From the NCBI GenBank assembly GCA_964565945.1, contig CAZMGY010000036.1, forward strand, positions 5,405-37,404: a stretch of DNA of 32,000 bases, written 5' to 3'. Positions 1 to 9,058 of the stretch are shown one piece after another. The position numbers and the translations under genes were made by a program. Below the pieces are notes generated by a model, which saw only the letters and a list, made by a program, of their open reading frames with translations, was not told the DNA's origin and searched no databases. How positions within the stretch are numbered: the stretch's first letter is position 1; each line of letters begins with the position of its first letter. The DNA is from an uncultured bacterium. GTDB taxonomy: Bacteria > GCA-001730085.

Positions 1-1052
1 TCAACGAACCTCAAGAAACCTTGTACGTAGGCAACTCGGGCACGGCCATTCGCTTGCTTTCAGGTATTTTGGCTGCTCAACCGTTCACCAGTCAAATCGA
101 AGGGGATTCCTCCATTGCGCAGCGTCCCATGAAACGAGTGATCGAACCCTTGACTCAAATGGGCGCCATCATCGAAAGTCAAAACGGACTGACACCTTTA
201 CTGTTTCATCCCAGTTCTTTGCAAGGCATCACATATCATTCACCAATTGCTAGTGCTCAAGTTAAATCCTGCCTTTTGTTGGCAGGGCTTTATGCCGCGG
301 GAACCACAACCGTGTACGAACCTCACCCTTCACGAAATCACACAGAGCTAATGCTCAAACAATTTGGAGCCAACATTCCCACCTTCAAAGGAGAATATGT
401 CCCTTCCATTTTGGCTCAAAACGAGTTTAAAGCTCAAAATTTTTATATACCCGGCGACATTTCGAGTGCAGCTTTTTTTATTGTGGCCGCTTTAATCACA
501 CCAGGGTCTCAGATCAAACTCAAACGAGTCGGAATAAATCCCACACGACGCGGCATCATCGATGTTCTTTTGCAAATGGGTGCTCACATCGATATCCAAG
601 ACAAGGAAAGTTCTGGGGAGCCTATGGCCGATCTAGTTGTACGCCATTCCAAGCTCAAAGGTATCGAGCTTAAAGGGGACATTATTGCCAACATTATTGA
701 TGAAATCCCTATTTTATCAATTGCGGCTGCCCACGCCGAAGGAAGCACTCATATTCGTGAAGCCAAAGAGTTACGTGTCAAAGAATCCGACCGCATTCAT
801 AGCATCGTGCAAATGATTTCACAATTAGGCGGACAAGTTATAGAATACGAAGATGGTTTAATCATTGAGGGTACATCACAACTTCAAGGGGGAAAAGTGA
901 ATAGTTTTGGAGATCATCGCATTGCGATGTCGGCAGCCATCGCGGCGCTTAACAGCCATAAGGCCATTATTATTCAAAACACCGATTGCATCGCCACATC
1001 CTTCCCTTCGTTTTGGGATTTGTATGCCCACTTTAAAGAAAAAGAAGTATGA
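1..1052 (+). CDS. aroA: 3-phosphoshikimate 1-carboxyvinyltransferase (EPSP synthase), 5' end truncated by the window edge
   Basis: The frame stays open upstream of the TTG at 21 (…NEPQETLYVGNSGTAIRLLSGILA). It has the GNSGT-x-RLL motif, plus LRVKESDRI and GDHRIAMS near the C-terminus, all typical of EPSP synthase. Confidence 0.9.
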   Translation, partial: NEPQETLYVGNSGTAIRLLSGILAAQPFTSQIEGDSSIAQRPMKRVIEPLTQMGAIIESQNGLTPLLFHPSSLQGITYHSPIASAQVKSCLLLAGLYAAGTTTVYEPHPSRNHTELMLKQFGANIPTFKGEYVPSILAQNEFKAQNFYIPGDISSAAFFIVAALITPGSQIKLKRVGINPTRRGIIDVLLQMGAHIDIQDKESSGEPMADLVVRHSKLKGIELKGDIIANIIDEIPILSIAAAHAEGSTHIREAKELRVKESDRIHSIVQMISQLGGQVIEYEDGLIIEGTSQLQGGKVNSFGDHRIAMSAAIAALNSHKAIIIQNTDCIATSFPSFWDLYAHFKEKEV

Positions 1053-1756
1053 ATATCTCAGCTACCACAAACAAAGACATCGTTTCGTTAATAAACGTAA
1101 TCACCATTGATGGACCTGCGGGTTCGGGCAAAAGCACCTTGGCCAAACAATTGGCTCAAAAACTCGATTGGACTTATTGTAACACGGGGGCGATGTATCG
1201 TGCTGTCACACTCGCTTGTCTTGAACGTCAGGTTGACCTTAGCGATCATGATGCCATTGTTCAGCTCTGTGAATCTTTACAAATCTCGTTGGTCGACAAC
1301 CTAGTTCGCATCGACAACAAAGATGTCACTGAAAATATTCGTAGTTTTGCCGTTAATCAAAATGTTTCTCATGTGGCCACTATTCCCAGAGTCAGACGTG
1401 CTCTGGTACGTCTGCAAAAACAGTGCACCCTCGAAGAGAATATAGTTATGGAAGGGCGCGATATTGGAAGCGTCGTCTGTCCATCGGCCAAATATAAATT
1501 TTACCTAGATGCATCCATCGACACACGTGCCAAAAGGCGCATTTTAGAATATCAAACCAAAGGGACCGATCTTAACCTGGAAGACATGAAAAAACAACTC
1601 ATCGAACGCGATAACAAAGATTCTTATCGTCTCGATAGCCCGCTCACCATACCAACCGATGCGGTGATGATCGATAGCACCGATAAATCGATTGACCAAG
1701 TCCTCGAACAAATACTGTACTTTTTACCCCAAAAATTGGGAGACATTCTCTTGTGA
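1049..1756 (+). CDS. cmk: cytidylate kinase
   Basis: P-loop ITIDGPAGSGKST, then YCNTGAMYRA and GRDIGSVV blocks typical of Cmk. Its ATG overlaps the aroA stop (ATGA at 1049-1052). Confidence 0.9.
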   Translation: MNISATTNKDIVSLINVITIDGPAGSGKSTLAKQLAQKLDWTYCNTGAMYRAVTLACLERQVDLSDHDAIVQLCESLQISLVDNLVRIDNKDVTENIRSFAVNQNVSHVATIPRVRRALVRLQKQCTLEENIVMEGRDIGSVVCPSAKYKFYLDASIDTRAKRRILEYQTKGTDLNLEDMKKQLIERDNKDSYRLDSPLTIPTDAVMIDSTDKSIDQVLEQILYFLPQKLGDILL

Positions 1757-1758
1757 AA

Positions 1759-1963
1759 ATGGTTTTTTATATCTTTGTCAAACTGATTATAGGTTCAGCA
1801 TTCAAAGTTATTTCTTCGTTGCACATCTATGGGCATCAGAATTTGCCCAAAAATCCTCACTGCTAACCATGCGAGCTTTTTAGATCTTTTCCCAAAAAAG
1901 GCACACGCACGAACTCTTTTAAGCGCAGGCTTTGGTTATAAAGCACTTAAAAGGCCAACATAA
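1759..1963 (+). pseudogene. frameshifted, truncated remnant of a PlsC-like 1-acyl-sn-glycerol-3-phosphate acyltransferase
   Basis: My own translation. Frame 1 from ATG 1759 gives MVFYIFVKLIIGSAFKVISSLHIYGHQNLPKNPHC*, with the stop at 1864-1866. The next frame from 1859 gives TANHASFLDLFPKKAHARTLLSAGFGYKALKRPT*, with the stop at 1961-1963. NLPxxxP followed by NHxSxxD is the N-terminal HX4D acyltransferase signature. The later acyltransferase motifs are absent, and only about 190 nt remain before ppdK. Confidence 0.45.
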
Positions 1964-2041
1964 ACAAGCTCGGAACCTCGAAGGCAAAATTCTTCACTAC
2001 GAGATGGCTTTGGCTCAGCATAACGATAGCTAGGGATTGAC

Positions 2042-2071
2042 TTGATTCTTCAGCTTTATTTAAAGTATAAT
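2042..2071 (+). promoter_or_regulatory. candidate sigma-70-type promoter for ppdK
   Basis: TTGATT (2042-2047), 18-nt spacer, TATAAT (2066-2071), about 85 nt upstream of the ppdK ATG. A better -35 (TTGACT, 2037-2042) would need an implausible 23-nt spacer. Confidence 0.3.
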
Positions 2072-2156
2072 GGGGGCTTTGTAATTTTAGTTCAATATGG
2101 ACATATGTAGAAAAATCCAAAAGAATTTTAAATAACATAAACTAAGGAGAACAAAT

Positions 2157-4859
2157 ATGGTCGCAACCACAGAAAAATTGGTTTACTTTTTTGGCAGTGG
2201 GGTATCAGAAGGTGACGCCACCATGCGCGAACTTTTGGGAGGCAAAGGAGCCAATCTTGCTGAAATGACAACTTTGGAAGTTCCTGTTCCCGCTGGATTC
2301 ACCATCACAACCGAAGTCTGTGCGTACTATTATGAACACAGCAAACAATACCCAGACTATCTTAAAGAGCAAGTTCTCGAAAACATTAAAAAGCTCGAAG
2401 AAAGCATGGGCATGAAATTTGGAGATAGCGAAAACCCCTTGCTCGTTTCTGTACGTAGTGGGGCCGCTGCCTCTCTTCCAGGCATGATGGATACCGTTCT
2501 TAACTTGGGTATCAATGAACAAGCCATGCAAGGCCTTATCAAAAAATCAGGCAATGCTCGTTTTGCGTGGGATTCTTATCGTCGCTTTATTCAAATGTTT
2601 GGTGACGTAGCCATGGGTGTGGATCATCACCATTTCGAATCTGAGCTTGAAACACTCAAAGCCGAAAAAAATGTCCAAAACGATATTGAACTTAACGCCG
2701 AGGATATGCAAGAGCTTGTCACGCGTTACAAAGCTGCGTACAAAAAAATCAAAGGTGAAGATTTTCCCGATAATCCCGAAGATCAATTGTGGGCCTCTAT
2801 CAACGCTGTTTTCAATTCTTGGAACAACGAACGTGCTATTGCTTATCGCGAAATGAATGATATCAAAGGTCTTAAAGGAACCGCTGTGAACATCCAAGCC
2901 ATGGTATTTGGAAATATGGGAGAAAGCTCAGCCACAGGAGTGTGCTTTTCTCGCAACCCCGCCACAGGTGAGAATGTTTTTTATGGCGAATACCTCATCA
3001 ATGCCCAAGGGGAAGACGTGGTAGCTGGTATCCGTACACCCCAAGAAATGACCAAAGTGAGCTCTCAAGCATGGGCTGAAAGCAACGACATCTCGGAAGA
3101 GGATCGCATTGCTAAATATCCTTCTCTCGAAGAAGTGATGCCCGAACTGTATCAAGAAATTGTTGCTATCAAAGACAAATTGGAACAACATTATAAAGAC
3201 ATGCAAGATATGGAGTTCACCATTCAAGAAGGCACCCTCTATTTCTTGCAAACACGTAATGGTAAAAGAACTGCTCAGGCAGCTGTAAGATTAGCTGTCG
3301 AAATGGTTAACGAAGGTCTTATCGACAAAAACACGGGGCTTCTTCGTATCAACCCAGAAGACTTAGACCACTTGTTACATCCTGTTTTCGACCCTAAGGC
3401 CGAAATCAACGTTCTTACCAAAGGATTGAATGCGTCTCCTGGCGCCGCCGTGGGTGAGGTTGTTTTTAGTGCCGAGGACGCGGTCAAAGCTAAAAAAAAT
3501 GGCAAAAAAAATATTTTGGTTCGCATCGAAACATCCCCCGAAGATATCAAGGGAATGGATGCATGTAATGGTATCTTAACCGCGCGCGGTGGAGCCACAA
3601 GCCACGCAGCTGTGGTAGCTCGTGGTATGGGTAAATGCTGCATTGCTGGTTGTGGTGATGTACACATTGACTACAACGCTCAAGAATTCAAAGTGGGCGA
3701 TGTGACGGTTAAAAAAGGTGACTCCATTTCTCTTAACGGTTCCACTGGAGAAGTTATTCTTGGAGCAGTTCCAACCATCGAACCTGAATTGTCGGGTGAT
3801 TTCGGAACATTGATGAGCTGGGCAGATGAGTTTCGTACACTTAATGTACGTACTAACTCCGATACGCCAAAAGATGCTAAAGTGGCTCGCAACTTTGGCG
3901 CCGAAGGAATTGGTCTTTGCCGTACAGAGCATATGTTTTTCGAAGGCGATCGCATCACAAGCGTTCGCGAAATGATCCTTGCCGATACACTCGAAGGACG
4001 TAAAAATGCCTTAGCCAAACTTTTGCCTATGCAAGAAAAGGACTTTTATGGTCTCTTCCAAGAAATGGCTGGATTACCTGTGACCATTCGTTTGCTGGAT
4101 CCACCATTGCACGAATTTTTGCCTCACACAGAGCGTGAAATTGATGAACTTGCAAGCATTCTTGGTGTAGATACACAGCTCCTGGTTAACAAAGTGAAAT
4201 CCTTGCACGAATTCAACCCCATGTTAGGTCATCGTGGTTGCCGCTTGGCCATTACATACCCAGAAATTTATGATATGCAAGTGACAGCTGTGATTCGCTC
4301 CGCCATTCGCTTCAAAAAAGATTCTGGCCAAGACATTGTGCCCGAAATTATGATTCCATTGGTGGGTAAGCACGAAGAACTAGGTATTCTTAAAGCCAAT
4401 GCAATTGCTGTGATTGAACAAGAAATGACTTTGGCTGGCGTCCAATTGGAGTATTTGATTGGAACCATGATCGAAGTACCTCGCGCTGCTGTAACCGCGG
4501 ATCTTATCGCCGAAGAAGCTCAATTCTTCTCGTTTGGAACCAACGATCTCACACAGATGGGTTGTGGTTTCTCTCGCGACGATGCAGGGAGCTTTTTGGG
4601 TGAATACGTCAAACGCGGTATTTACGACAAAGATCCCTTCCAAGTTTTGGATCAAGAAGGTATTGGTGAGTTAATGAAAATCGCCATCGACAAAGGTCGT
4701 AGCGTGAACAAAGATATCAAACTTGGTATCTGTGGGGAACATGGTGGCGAGCCATCTTCGGTGGAATTTTGCCATCGCATCGGCTTGCACTATGTGAGCT
4801 GTTCGCCCTTTCGCGTACCGATTGCTCGTTTGGCAGCGGCTCAAGCAGCCATCAAATAA
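2157..4859 (+). CDS. ppdK: pyruvate, phosphate dikinase
   Basis: 900 aa. It has the N-terminal ATP-grasp block GGKGANLAEM, the phosphohistidine swivel motif TARGGATSHAAVVARGMG, and C-terminal PEP-utilising blocks GLCRTEHMF and ICGEHGG. SD AAGGAG lies about 7 nt upstream of the ATG. Confidence 0.95.
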   Translation: MVATTEKLVYFFGSGVSEGDATMRELLGGKGANLAEMTTLEVPVPAGFTITTEVCAYYYEHSKQYPDYLKEQVLENIKKLEESMGMKFGDSENPLLVSVRSGAAASLPGMMDTVLNLGINEQAMQGLIKKSGNARFAWDSYRRFIQMFGDVAMGVDHHHFESELETLKAEKNVQNDIELNAEDMQELVTRYKAAYKKIKGEDFPDNPEDQLWASINAVFNSWNNERAIAYREMNDIKGLKGTAVNIQAMVFGNMGESSATGVCFSRNPATGENVFYGEYLINAQGEDVVAGIRTPQEMTKVSSQAWAESNDISEEDRIAKYPSLEEVMPELYQEIVAIKDKLEQHYKDMQDMEFTIQEGTLYFLQTRNGKRTAQAAVRLAVEMVNEGLIDKNTGLLRINPEDLDHLLHPVFDPKAEINVLTKGLNASPGAAVGEVVFSAEDAVKAKKNGKKNILVRIETSPEDIKGMDACNGILTARGGATSHAAVVARGMGKCCIAGCGDVHIDYNAQEFKVGDVTVKKGDSISLNGSTGEVILGAVPTIEPELSGDFGTLMSWADEFRTLNVRTNSDTPKDAKVARNFGAEGIGLCRTEHMFFEGDRITSVREMILADTLEGRKNALAKLLPMQEKDFYGLFQEMAGLPVTIRLLDPPLHEFLPHTEREIDELASILGVDTQLLVNKVKSLHEFNPMLGHRGCRLAITYPEIYDMQVTAVIRSAIRFKKDSGQDIVPEIMIPLVGKHEELGILKANAIAVIEQEMTLAGVQLEYLIGTMIEVPRAAVTADLIAEEAQFFSFGTNDLTQMGCGFSRDDAGSFLGEYVKRGIYDKDPFQVLDQEGIGELMKIAIDKGRSVNKDIKLGICGEHGGEPSSVEFCHRIGLHYVSCSPFRVPIARLAAAQAAIK

Positions 4860-4868
4860 CAGACAGAT

Positions 4869-5834
4869 ATGCTAACGCTTATTTTACAGTATGGGCTTCC
4901 TGCAGTTGCGATTGCAGTTGCAGGAAGCCTTCTTGTGCGCTCAGGGGAATCTATTGCGGCTAGATGGGGTTTAGGCCACGTTTGGTTAGGCAGTATTTTG
5001 GTCGCAGCAGCAACCTCTTTTCCCGAATTAGTCACTTCCGTCAAAGCTATTTCACTTGGAGCCTACGATATGTCGATTTCGAATATCTATGGCAGCATTT
5101 TATTTAACTTGGCCATATTGGGTGTTGTAGTACTGGTCTATCCCAAGTGGCAACAAGAAAAAATTGGTGGCTCCATCAAAATGGCGACCTTTTTCACAGT
5201 TGGCTTACTTATAGTCACCATTATTAATGCTTACCTCCCATGGAGCGGAACCTTTCTTCACCTAGGATGGGGAACATGGCTGATTTTAATCGCCTACACC
5301 ATCTACATTCGTTCCATCTTTAAAAACAAGATTACCAACGAAGGGGATATCAGCCAAGCAGAACCTTTGCTTAAAAATATCATTCTTTACCTCGTCGCGG
5401 TGGCTATTATTTTTGTCGCGGGTTGTTACTGTGTCAGAGCCGCTGAAAAACTCGTCCTACATACAGGCTGGAATGAGGGCTTTGTCGGTCTTTTGTTCTT
5501 AGCCTTAGCCACATCCCTGCCAGAATTGGTCACCGCCTTCAAAGCAGCCCGCATGAAATCTCTTCAGCTCATACTGAGCATCATATGGGGCAGCAATATC
5601 TTCAATCTGTGTATTATCAGTGCCAGTGACTTCTTCTTACCTTGTCAAACCATCTTGCAAGCCACCTCTTCAACCAAAGGTCTCACAGCCTTATTAACAT
5701 TACTCTATGGCTTAGCCGTGCCACTTATTTTTTCACTGGGCCTGAAGGGGCATTATTTTCGCTTGAAAACAGCTGGCCTTCTTGTTATAGTATCCTACGT
5801 GTTAGTCTTGATGATTACGTTCTATTTTTCGTAA
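4869..5834 (+). CDS. CaCA-family cation/Ca2+ exchanger (YrbG-like) membrane protein
   Basis: 321 aa and strongly hydrophobic, with multiple predicted TM helices. Two alpha-repeat signatures sit in the two halves: AATSFPELVTS and ATSLPELVTA. The gene starts 9 nt after the ppdK stop. Confidence 0.75.
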   Translation: MLTLILQYGLPAVAIAVAGSLLVRSGESIAARWGLGHVWLGSILVAAATSFPELVTSVKAISLGAYDMSISNIYGSILFNLAILGVVVLVYPKWQQEKIGGSIKMATFFTVGLLIVTIINAYLPWSGTFLHLGWGTWLILIAYTIYIRSIFKNKITNEGDISQAEPLLKNIILYLVAVAIIFVAGCYCVRAAEKLVLHTGWNEGFVGLLFLALATSLPELVTAFKAARMKSLQLILSIIWGSNIFNLCIISASDFFLPCQTILQATSSTKGLTALLTLLYGLAVPLIFSLGLKGHYFRLKTAGLLVIVSYVLVLMITFYFS

Positions 5835-5838
5835 GAGA

Positions 5839-5848
5839 GGGGGGGGGG
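5839..5848 (+). repeat. G10 homopolymer tract in the sigma-factor ribosome-binding region
   Basis: The sequence reads gtaagagaGGGGGGGGGGcaagcaaaaATG. Ten consecutive G lie between the exchanger stop (5832-5834) and the sigma ATG (5858). An A9 run follows at 5893-5901, inside the first codons of the gene. Confidence 0.9.
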
Positions 5849-5857
5849 CAAGCAAAA

Positions 5858-6781
5858 ATGTCGAATAAAGAACATCAGCATTCCGAAGAGTTAAAAAAAA
5901 ACGATTTAGCCGAATACGGACAAATAACGACACGCGATATCGGTGTTGATCCTGTTCGTCTTTACTTGAGAGATATTAGCTATATACCGTTACTTCCCCA
6001 CGAAGCAGAAATAGCGCTCGCCAAAAAAATCAAAAAAGGCAACGAAAAAGCTCGCTTGACCCTTATCCGCTCAAACCTCCGCTTGGTGGTTAAAATTGCC
6101 AAACGCTATGGCCGCTACGGCATGCCTTTGCTTGATCTTATTGAAGAAGGTAATTTAGGATTGATGCGTGCGGTGGAAAAGTTTGATCACACCAAAGGTT
6201 TCAAATTTAGCACGTATGCCGCATGGTGGATTCGCCAATCAATCATTCGCGCGTTTGCCAACCAAGGCAAAACAATTCGTATTCCCGTCTATATGACTGA
6301 ATTTGTTTACAAGTGGAAAAAAACCATTGCTGAGCTATCCCAAGAATATGGTCGCGTTCCCATCGAGGAGGAAGTGGCGGAGCGGATGGGTATTACTGTT
6401 GAAAAAGTACAAACCATTTCACGCATTTCAACTGGATCTAAATCGTTAGATGCTGCTGTCGACGACGATGGTGTTAATGTCTTGCTCGATGTGATCAGTG
6501 ATGAACGGGCAGTCATGCCATCTCATACGGTATCACAAATCATGCAACGCGAACGGATCGATGACCTTTTCGACGAATACCTCACCGAACGTGAAGTCAA
6601 AATATTGACCGTTCGCTTTGGTCTCGACGATGGCATTCCCAAGACTTTGGAAGAAACGGGTAAACATTTTGATTTAACCCGTGAGCGTGTCCGTCAATTG
6701 GAGAAGAAGGCTCTCGAAAAACTGCGTGAAATGACATCGCAGGAATCTAAAGAACTTCATGAAATCAGTGAAAGCGAGTAA
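5858..6781 (+). CDS. RNA polymerase sigma factor, sigma-70 family (RpoD/RpoS-like, regions 1.2-4, no long region 1.1)
   Basis: 307 aa from the ATG at 5858, which is in frame with track ORF 5642. Region 2 reads [20 protein letters not shown] and [13 protein letters not shown]; region 4.2 reads [28 protein letters not shown]. The 72 codons upstream overlap the exchanger gene and have no sigma-like sequence. Confidence 0.9.
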   Translation: MSNKEHQHSEELKKNDLAEYGQITTRDIGVDPVRLYLRDISYIPLLPHEAEIALAKKIKKGNEKARLTLIRSNLRLVVKIAKRYGRYGMPLLDLIEEGNLGLMRAVEKFDHTKGFKFSTYAAWWIRQSIIRAFANQGKTIRIPVYMTEFVYKWKKTIAELSQEYGRVPIEEEVAERMGITVEKVQTISRISTGSKSLDAAVDDDGVNVLLDVISDERAVMPSHTVSQIMQRERIDDLFDEYLTEREVKILTVRFGLDDGIPKTLEETGKHFDLTRERVRQLEKKALEKLREMTSQESKELHEISESE

Positions 6782-6790
6782 GCAACGCTA

Positions 6791-7303
6791 ATGAGTTTTG
6801 ATAGCCAGGTTCGTGACATTCCCGATTTTCCTAAAACAGGTATTATTTTTAGAGATATCACTCCGTTACTCAAGAATCAGAAAAAATTTAAGGAAGTGAT
6901 TGATCACTTGGCTGAACAGCTCGACGAGAAACAAGTCACAGCCGTAGTAGGAATTGAATCACGCGGTTTTATCTTTGGATCAGTACTCGCTTATCGCTTA
7001 GGCTGTTCCTTTATTCCAGCTCGAAAAAAGGGTAAATTGCCGCACACAACCGTATCCGCAGATTATGAACTGGAATACGGTACGGACTCCATCGAAATGC
7101 ACCAAGATGCCATTAATGAAAATGATCATGTTGTGATTATCGACGATTTACTGGCCACTGGGGGAACCGCAAAAGCAGTGGTTGACTTGGTTAAACAACT
7201 GAAGGCAAACATCCATTCGATACTATTTTTCATAGAGCTATCTTTCTTAAATGGGCGAAATCAAATCAAGGATCATCCCGTCTATTCCGTATTAACCTAT
7301 TAG
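6791..7303 (+). CDS. apt: adenine phosphoribosyltransferase
   Basis: 170 aa with DFPKTGIIFRDITPLL near the N-terminus and the PRPP-binding motif VVIIDDLLATGGTA. Confidence 0.9.
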   Translation: MSFDSQVRDIPDFPKTGIIFRDITPLLKNQKKFKEVIDHLAEQLDEKQVTAVVGIESRGFIFGSVLAYRLGCSFIPARKKGKLPHTTVSADYELEYGTDSIEMHQDAINENDHVVIIDDLLATGGTAKAVVDLVKQLKANIHSILFFIELSFLNGRNQIKDHPVYSVLTY

Positions 7304-7323
7304 ACAAACAATTTCTACAAAAT

Positions 7324-7397
7324 GTCCCCGTAGCTCAGATGGATAGAGCATCAGTTTCCTAAACTGCGTGCCGGGCGTTCGAATCGCCCCGGGGACA
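7324..7397 (+). tRNA. tRNA-Arg (anticodon CCT)
   Basis: Hand-folded cloverleaf: acceptor GTCCCCG/CGGGGAC, D arm GCTC/GAGC, anticodon loop TTCCTAA (CCT), T arm GGGCG-TTCGAAT-CGCCC, discriminator A. CCA is not encoded. The anticodon stem has one T-C mismatch at its base. Confidence 0.85.
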
Positions 7398-7517
7398 TTT
7401 TTAACACCCTACGGACACTCCTTTGTCATCGGATCCAGAATCGCGCTAGAGTAAGTGAGGACTGAACGGCAATATTCATGTATAATAGCTCGCGTGCATG
7501 AGAGGATAAAAGATATT

Positions 7518-8078
7518 ATGAAACGTTTCGTGAAATATATCGCACTAATCGGCATGATTATTCTGCCTTTGGGTTGCAGTGCGTCGCCTAAACATCAACT
7601 TTATTATGGCGCCAATGACCGCGCCAAAATCATGAGTGAGCCTACCATTAAAAAGCTCAACAGCATGGCAAAGCTTTTGCACCAAAGCAGTGGGGCTCAT
7701 TTGGTTCTCATAACGCAAAAAGCTTCGACTCTTAATCCTGGGGGAGCCATCGACTACCTTAAGCGTTATCGCAAGGAGCACAGCAATGCTCAGGATATCG
7801 TCATTTTGGTTTGGCATCATGCCCATGCCCAAGCCGAAATCATCACATCCGATTCCTTAAGCTTGTCTGTTAGCGCGCTTGATCAACAATCTATCTTAAG
7901 CGGCTTGCAAAAACGCTTAAGCGAACTAGGGTTAAACCCTGGCCTGACCTATGCCATGATGAGCTTGGGTTCCAAAGTGGCCAAGCAATTCAATGTCAAT
8001 TTCCAACAGCTTTTGCAAAAAGCTCCAACCGATTTGGACAACTTAAACGCCAATAACGTTAAATGGGATCTCACATGA
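7518..8078 (+). CDS. lipoprotein, possibly TPM-domain-like
   Basis: The internal ATG at 7518 gives MKRFVKYIALIGMIILPLGCSAS, a signal peptide with an LPLGC lipobox. The mature part (…SGAHLVLITQKASTLNPGGAIDYLKRY…DIVILVWHHAHAQAEIITSDSL…) follows the spacing pattern I associate with TPM/YgcG-type domains. That family call comes from pattern memory only. Confidence 0.5.
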   Translation: MKRFVKYIALIGMIILPLGCSASPKHQLYYGANDRAKIMSEPTIKKLNSMAKLLHQSSGAHLVLITQKASTLNPGGAIDYLKRYRKEHSNAQDIVILVWHHAHAQAEIITSDSLSLSVSALDQQSILSGLQKRLSELGLNPGLTYAMMSLGSKVAKQFNVNFQQLLQKAPTDLDNLNANNVKWDLT

Positions 8079-9058
8079 AAAAAACCGTCTTAACCGTCTT
8101 TAAAATAACCTTAAGCCTGACTATCATTGCCTATATTTTTCGCAGCCAGGTCAACTTTAACGAGTTTTGGCAAACTATCACCTCGGCCGACATAAGCCTG
8201 ATGATACTTGCTAGCCTTCTCTTTATCTTAACGGCGCTGCTCTGCATGCTACGTTGGCAGGTTCTTCTCAAAGCCCACAACATTGAATTACCTTTCTTGC
8301 GCGTGATGCGCCTCTTTTCGATCGGCATGTTTTTTAATACCTTTATGATTGGCACCACTGGTGGTGATTTGATCAAAATGTTTTATATTTCCAAACAAAC
8401 CAACAAAGGAGTCGAAGGAAGTATGAGTATTTTTTTCGATCGCTTTTCGGGCCTATACGCCATAGTCTTATTAGCTTTTATCGCAGTTATTATCAAATTC
8501 AACGATCCCCATTTATCCAAGCTTTTTCGGCCAGTGATTACCTTTACCGCAGCAATGATTGGGGGAACAGCGTTGTTTTTATGGATGAATCATCATTCCA
8601 AGGTGTCACAAAAACTGTCTCAATTGTTAGCACGAATCAAAGCCGAGCAACTTTATCAAAAAATTCGCACCGTGATCCTCGATTTTTCCAAACATCCGCA
8701 AGCTTTCTTGAAAGCTCTGATCTTATCTTTTACGATCCACATTATTTTTACCATTATTAATTATTGGGTCGGTCGAGCCCTCGGGATCACAGGAGTCTCT
8801 TTAGGAACCTATTGCGTGCTTATTCCTATCATCATTTTTCTAAGTTCGATTCCTATTTCTATTTCCGGATGGGGCGTAGGGGAGGCCCTTTACATTTTTT
8901 TGTTAGCCCCTTATGGCGTCGATGCCGTCACAGCGGTCACCTTATCGATCACAATCAAAGTGTATTACTACCTTGTTGGCTTCGCTTCGGTTACCGCCTA
9001 CATTGCTCCAGGACTGAACACCACATGGCCACAAACAACTAAGGAATCAACGACATGA
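8075..9058 (+). CDS. UPF0104 / lysylphosphatidylglycerol-synthase-TM-region (flippase-like) family membrane protein
   Basis: Polytopic membrane protein starting MKKTVLTVFKITLSL… It has the characteristic block FFNTFMIGTTGGDLIKMFY (family pattern F-N-x-F-x-P-G-x-x-GGD). The ATG at 8075 overlaps the preceding stop (ATGA). Confidence 0.7.
   Translation: MKKTVLTVFKITLSLTIIAYIFRSQVNFNEFWQTITSADISLMILASLLFILTALLCMLRWQVLLKAHNIELPFLRVMRLFSIGMFFNTFMIGTTGGDLIKMFYISKQTNKGVEGSMSIFFDRFSGLYAIVLLAFIAVIIKFNDPHLSKLFRPVITFTAAMIGGTALFLWMNHHSKVSQKLSQLLARIKAEQLYQKIRTVILDFSKHPQAFLKALILSFTIHIIFTIINYWVGRALGITGVSLGTYCVLIPIIIFLSSIPISISGWGVGEALYIFLLAPYGVDAVTAVTLSITIKVYYYLVGFASVTAYIAPGLNTTWPQTTKESTT

Noticed and set aside
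1692-2138. Track ORFs 1692-1883 (+) and 1947-2138 (-) as real genes
   Set aside because: The first is an out-of-frame read-through of the cmk 3' end and the plsC stub. The second is antisense across the ppdK promoter region with no supporting signals. The plsC-remnant interpretation explains the region better.
2205-4655. Several 65-130-aa minus-strand ORFs inside ppdK (for example 3275-3667 and 3576-3932), plus plus-strand out-of-frame ORFs
   Set aside because: These are shadow ORFs antisense to, or out of frame with, a confidently identified 900-aa gene. They have low-complexity Ser/Pro/Ala-rich translations and no start signals.
5642-5857. 72-codon N-terminal extension of the sigma-factor ORF in the track (379 aa)
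   Set aside because: The extension lies inside the exchanger gene in another frame and has no sigma-like sequence. The ATG at 5858 follows the G-rich SD and gives a normal region-1.2 start.
7455-7517. 21-codon extension of the lipoprotein ORF
   Set aside because: The lipoprotein signal peptide begins at the internal ATG 7518, and the extension is not hydrophobic.
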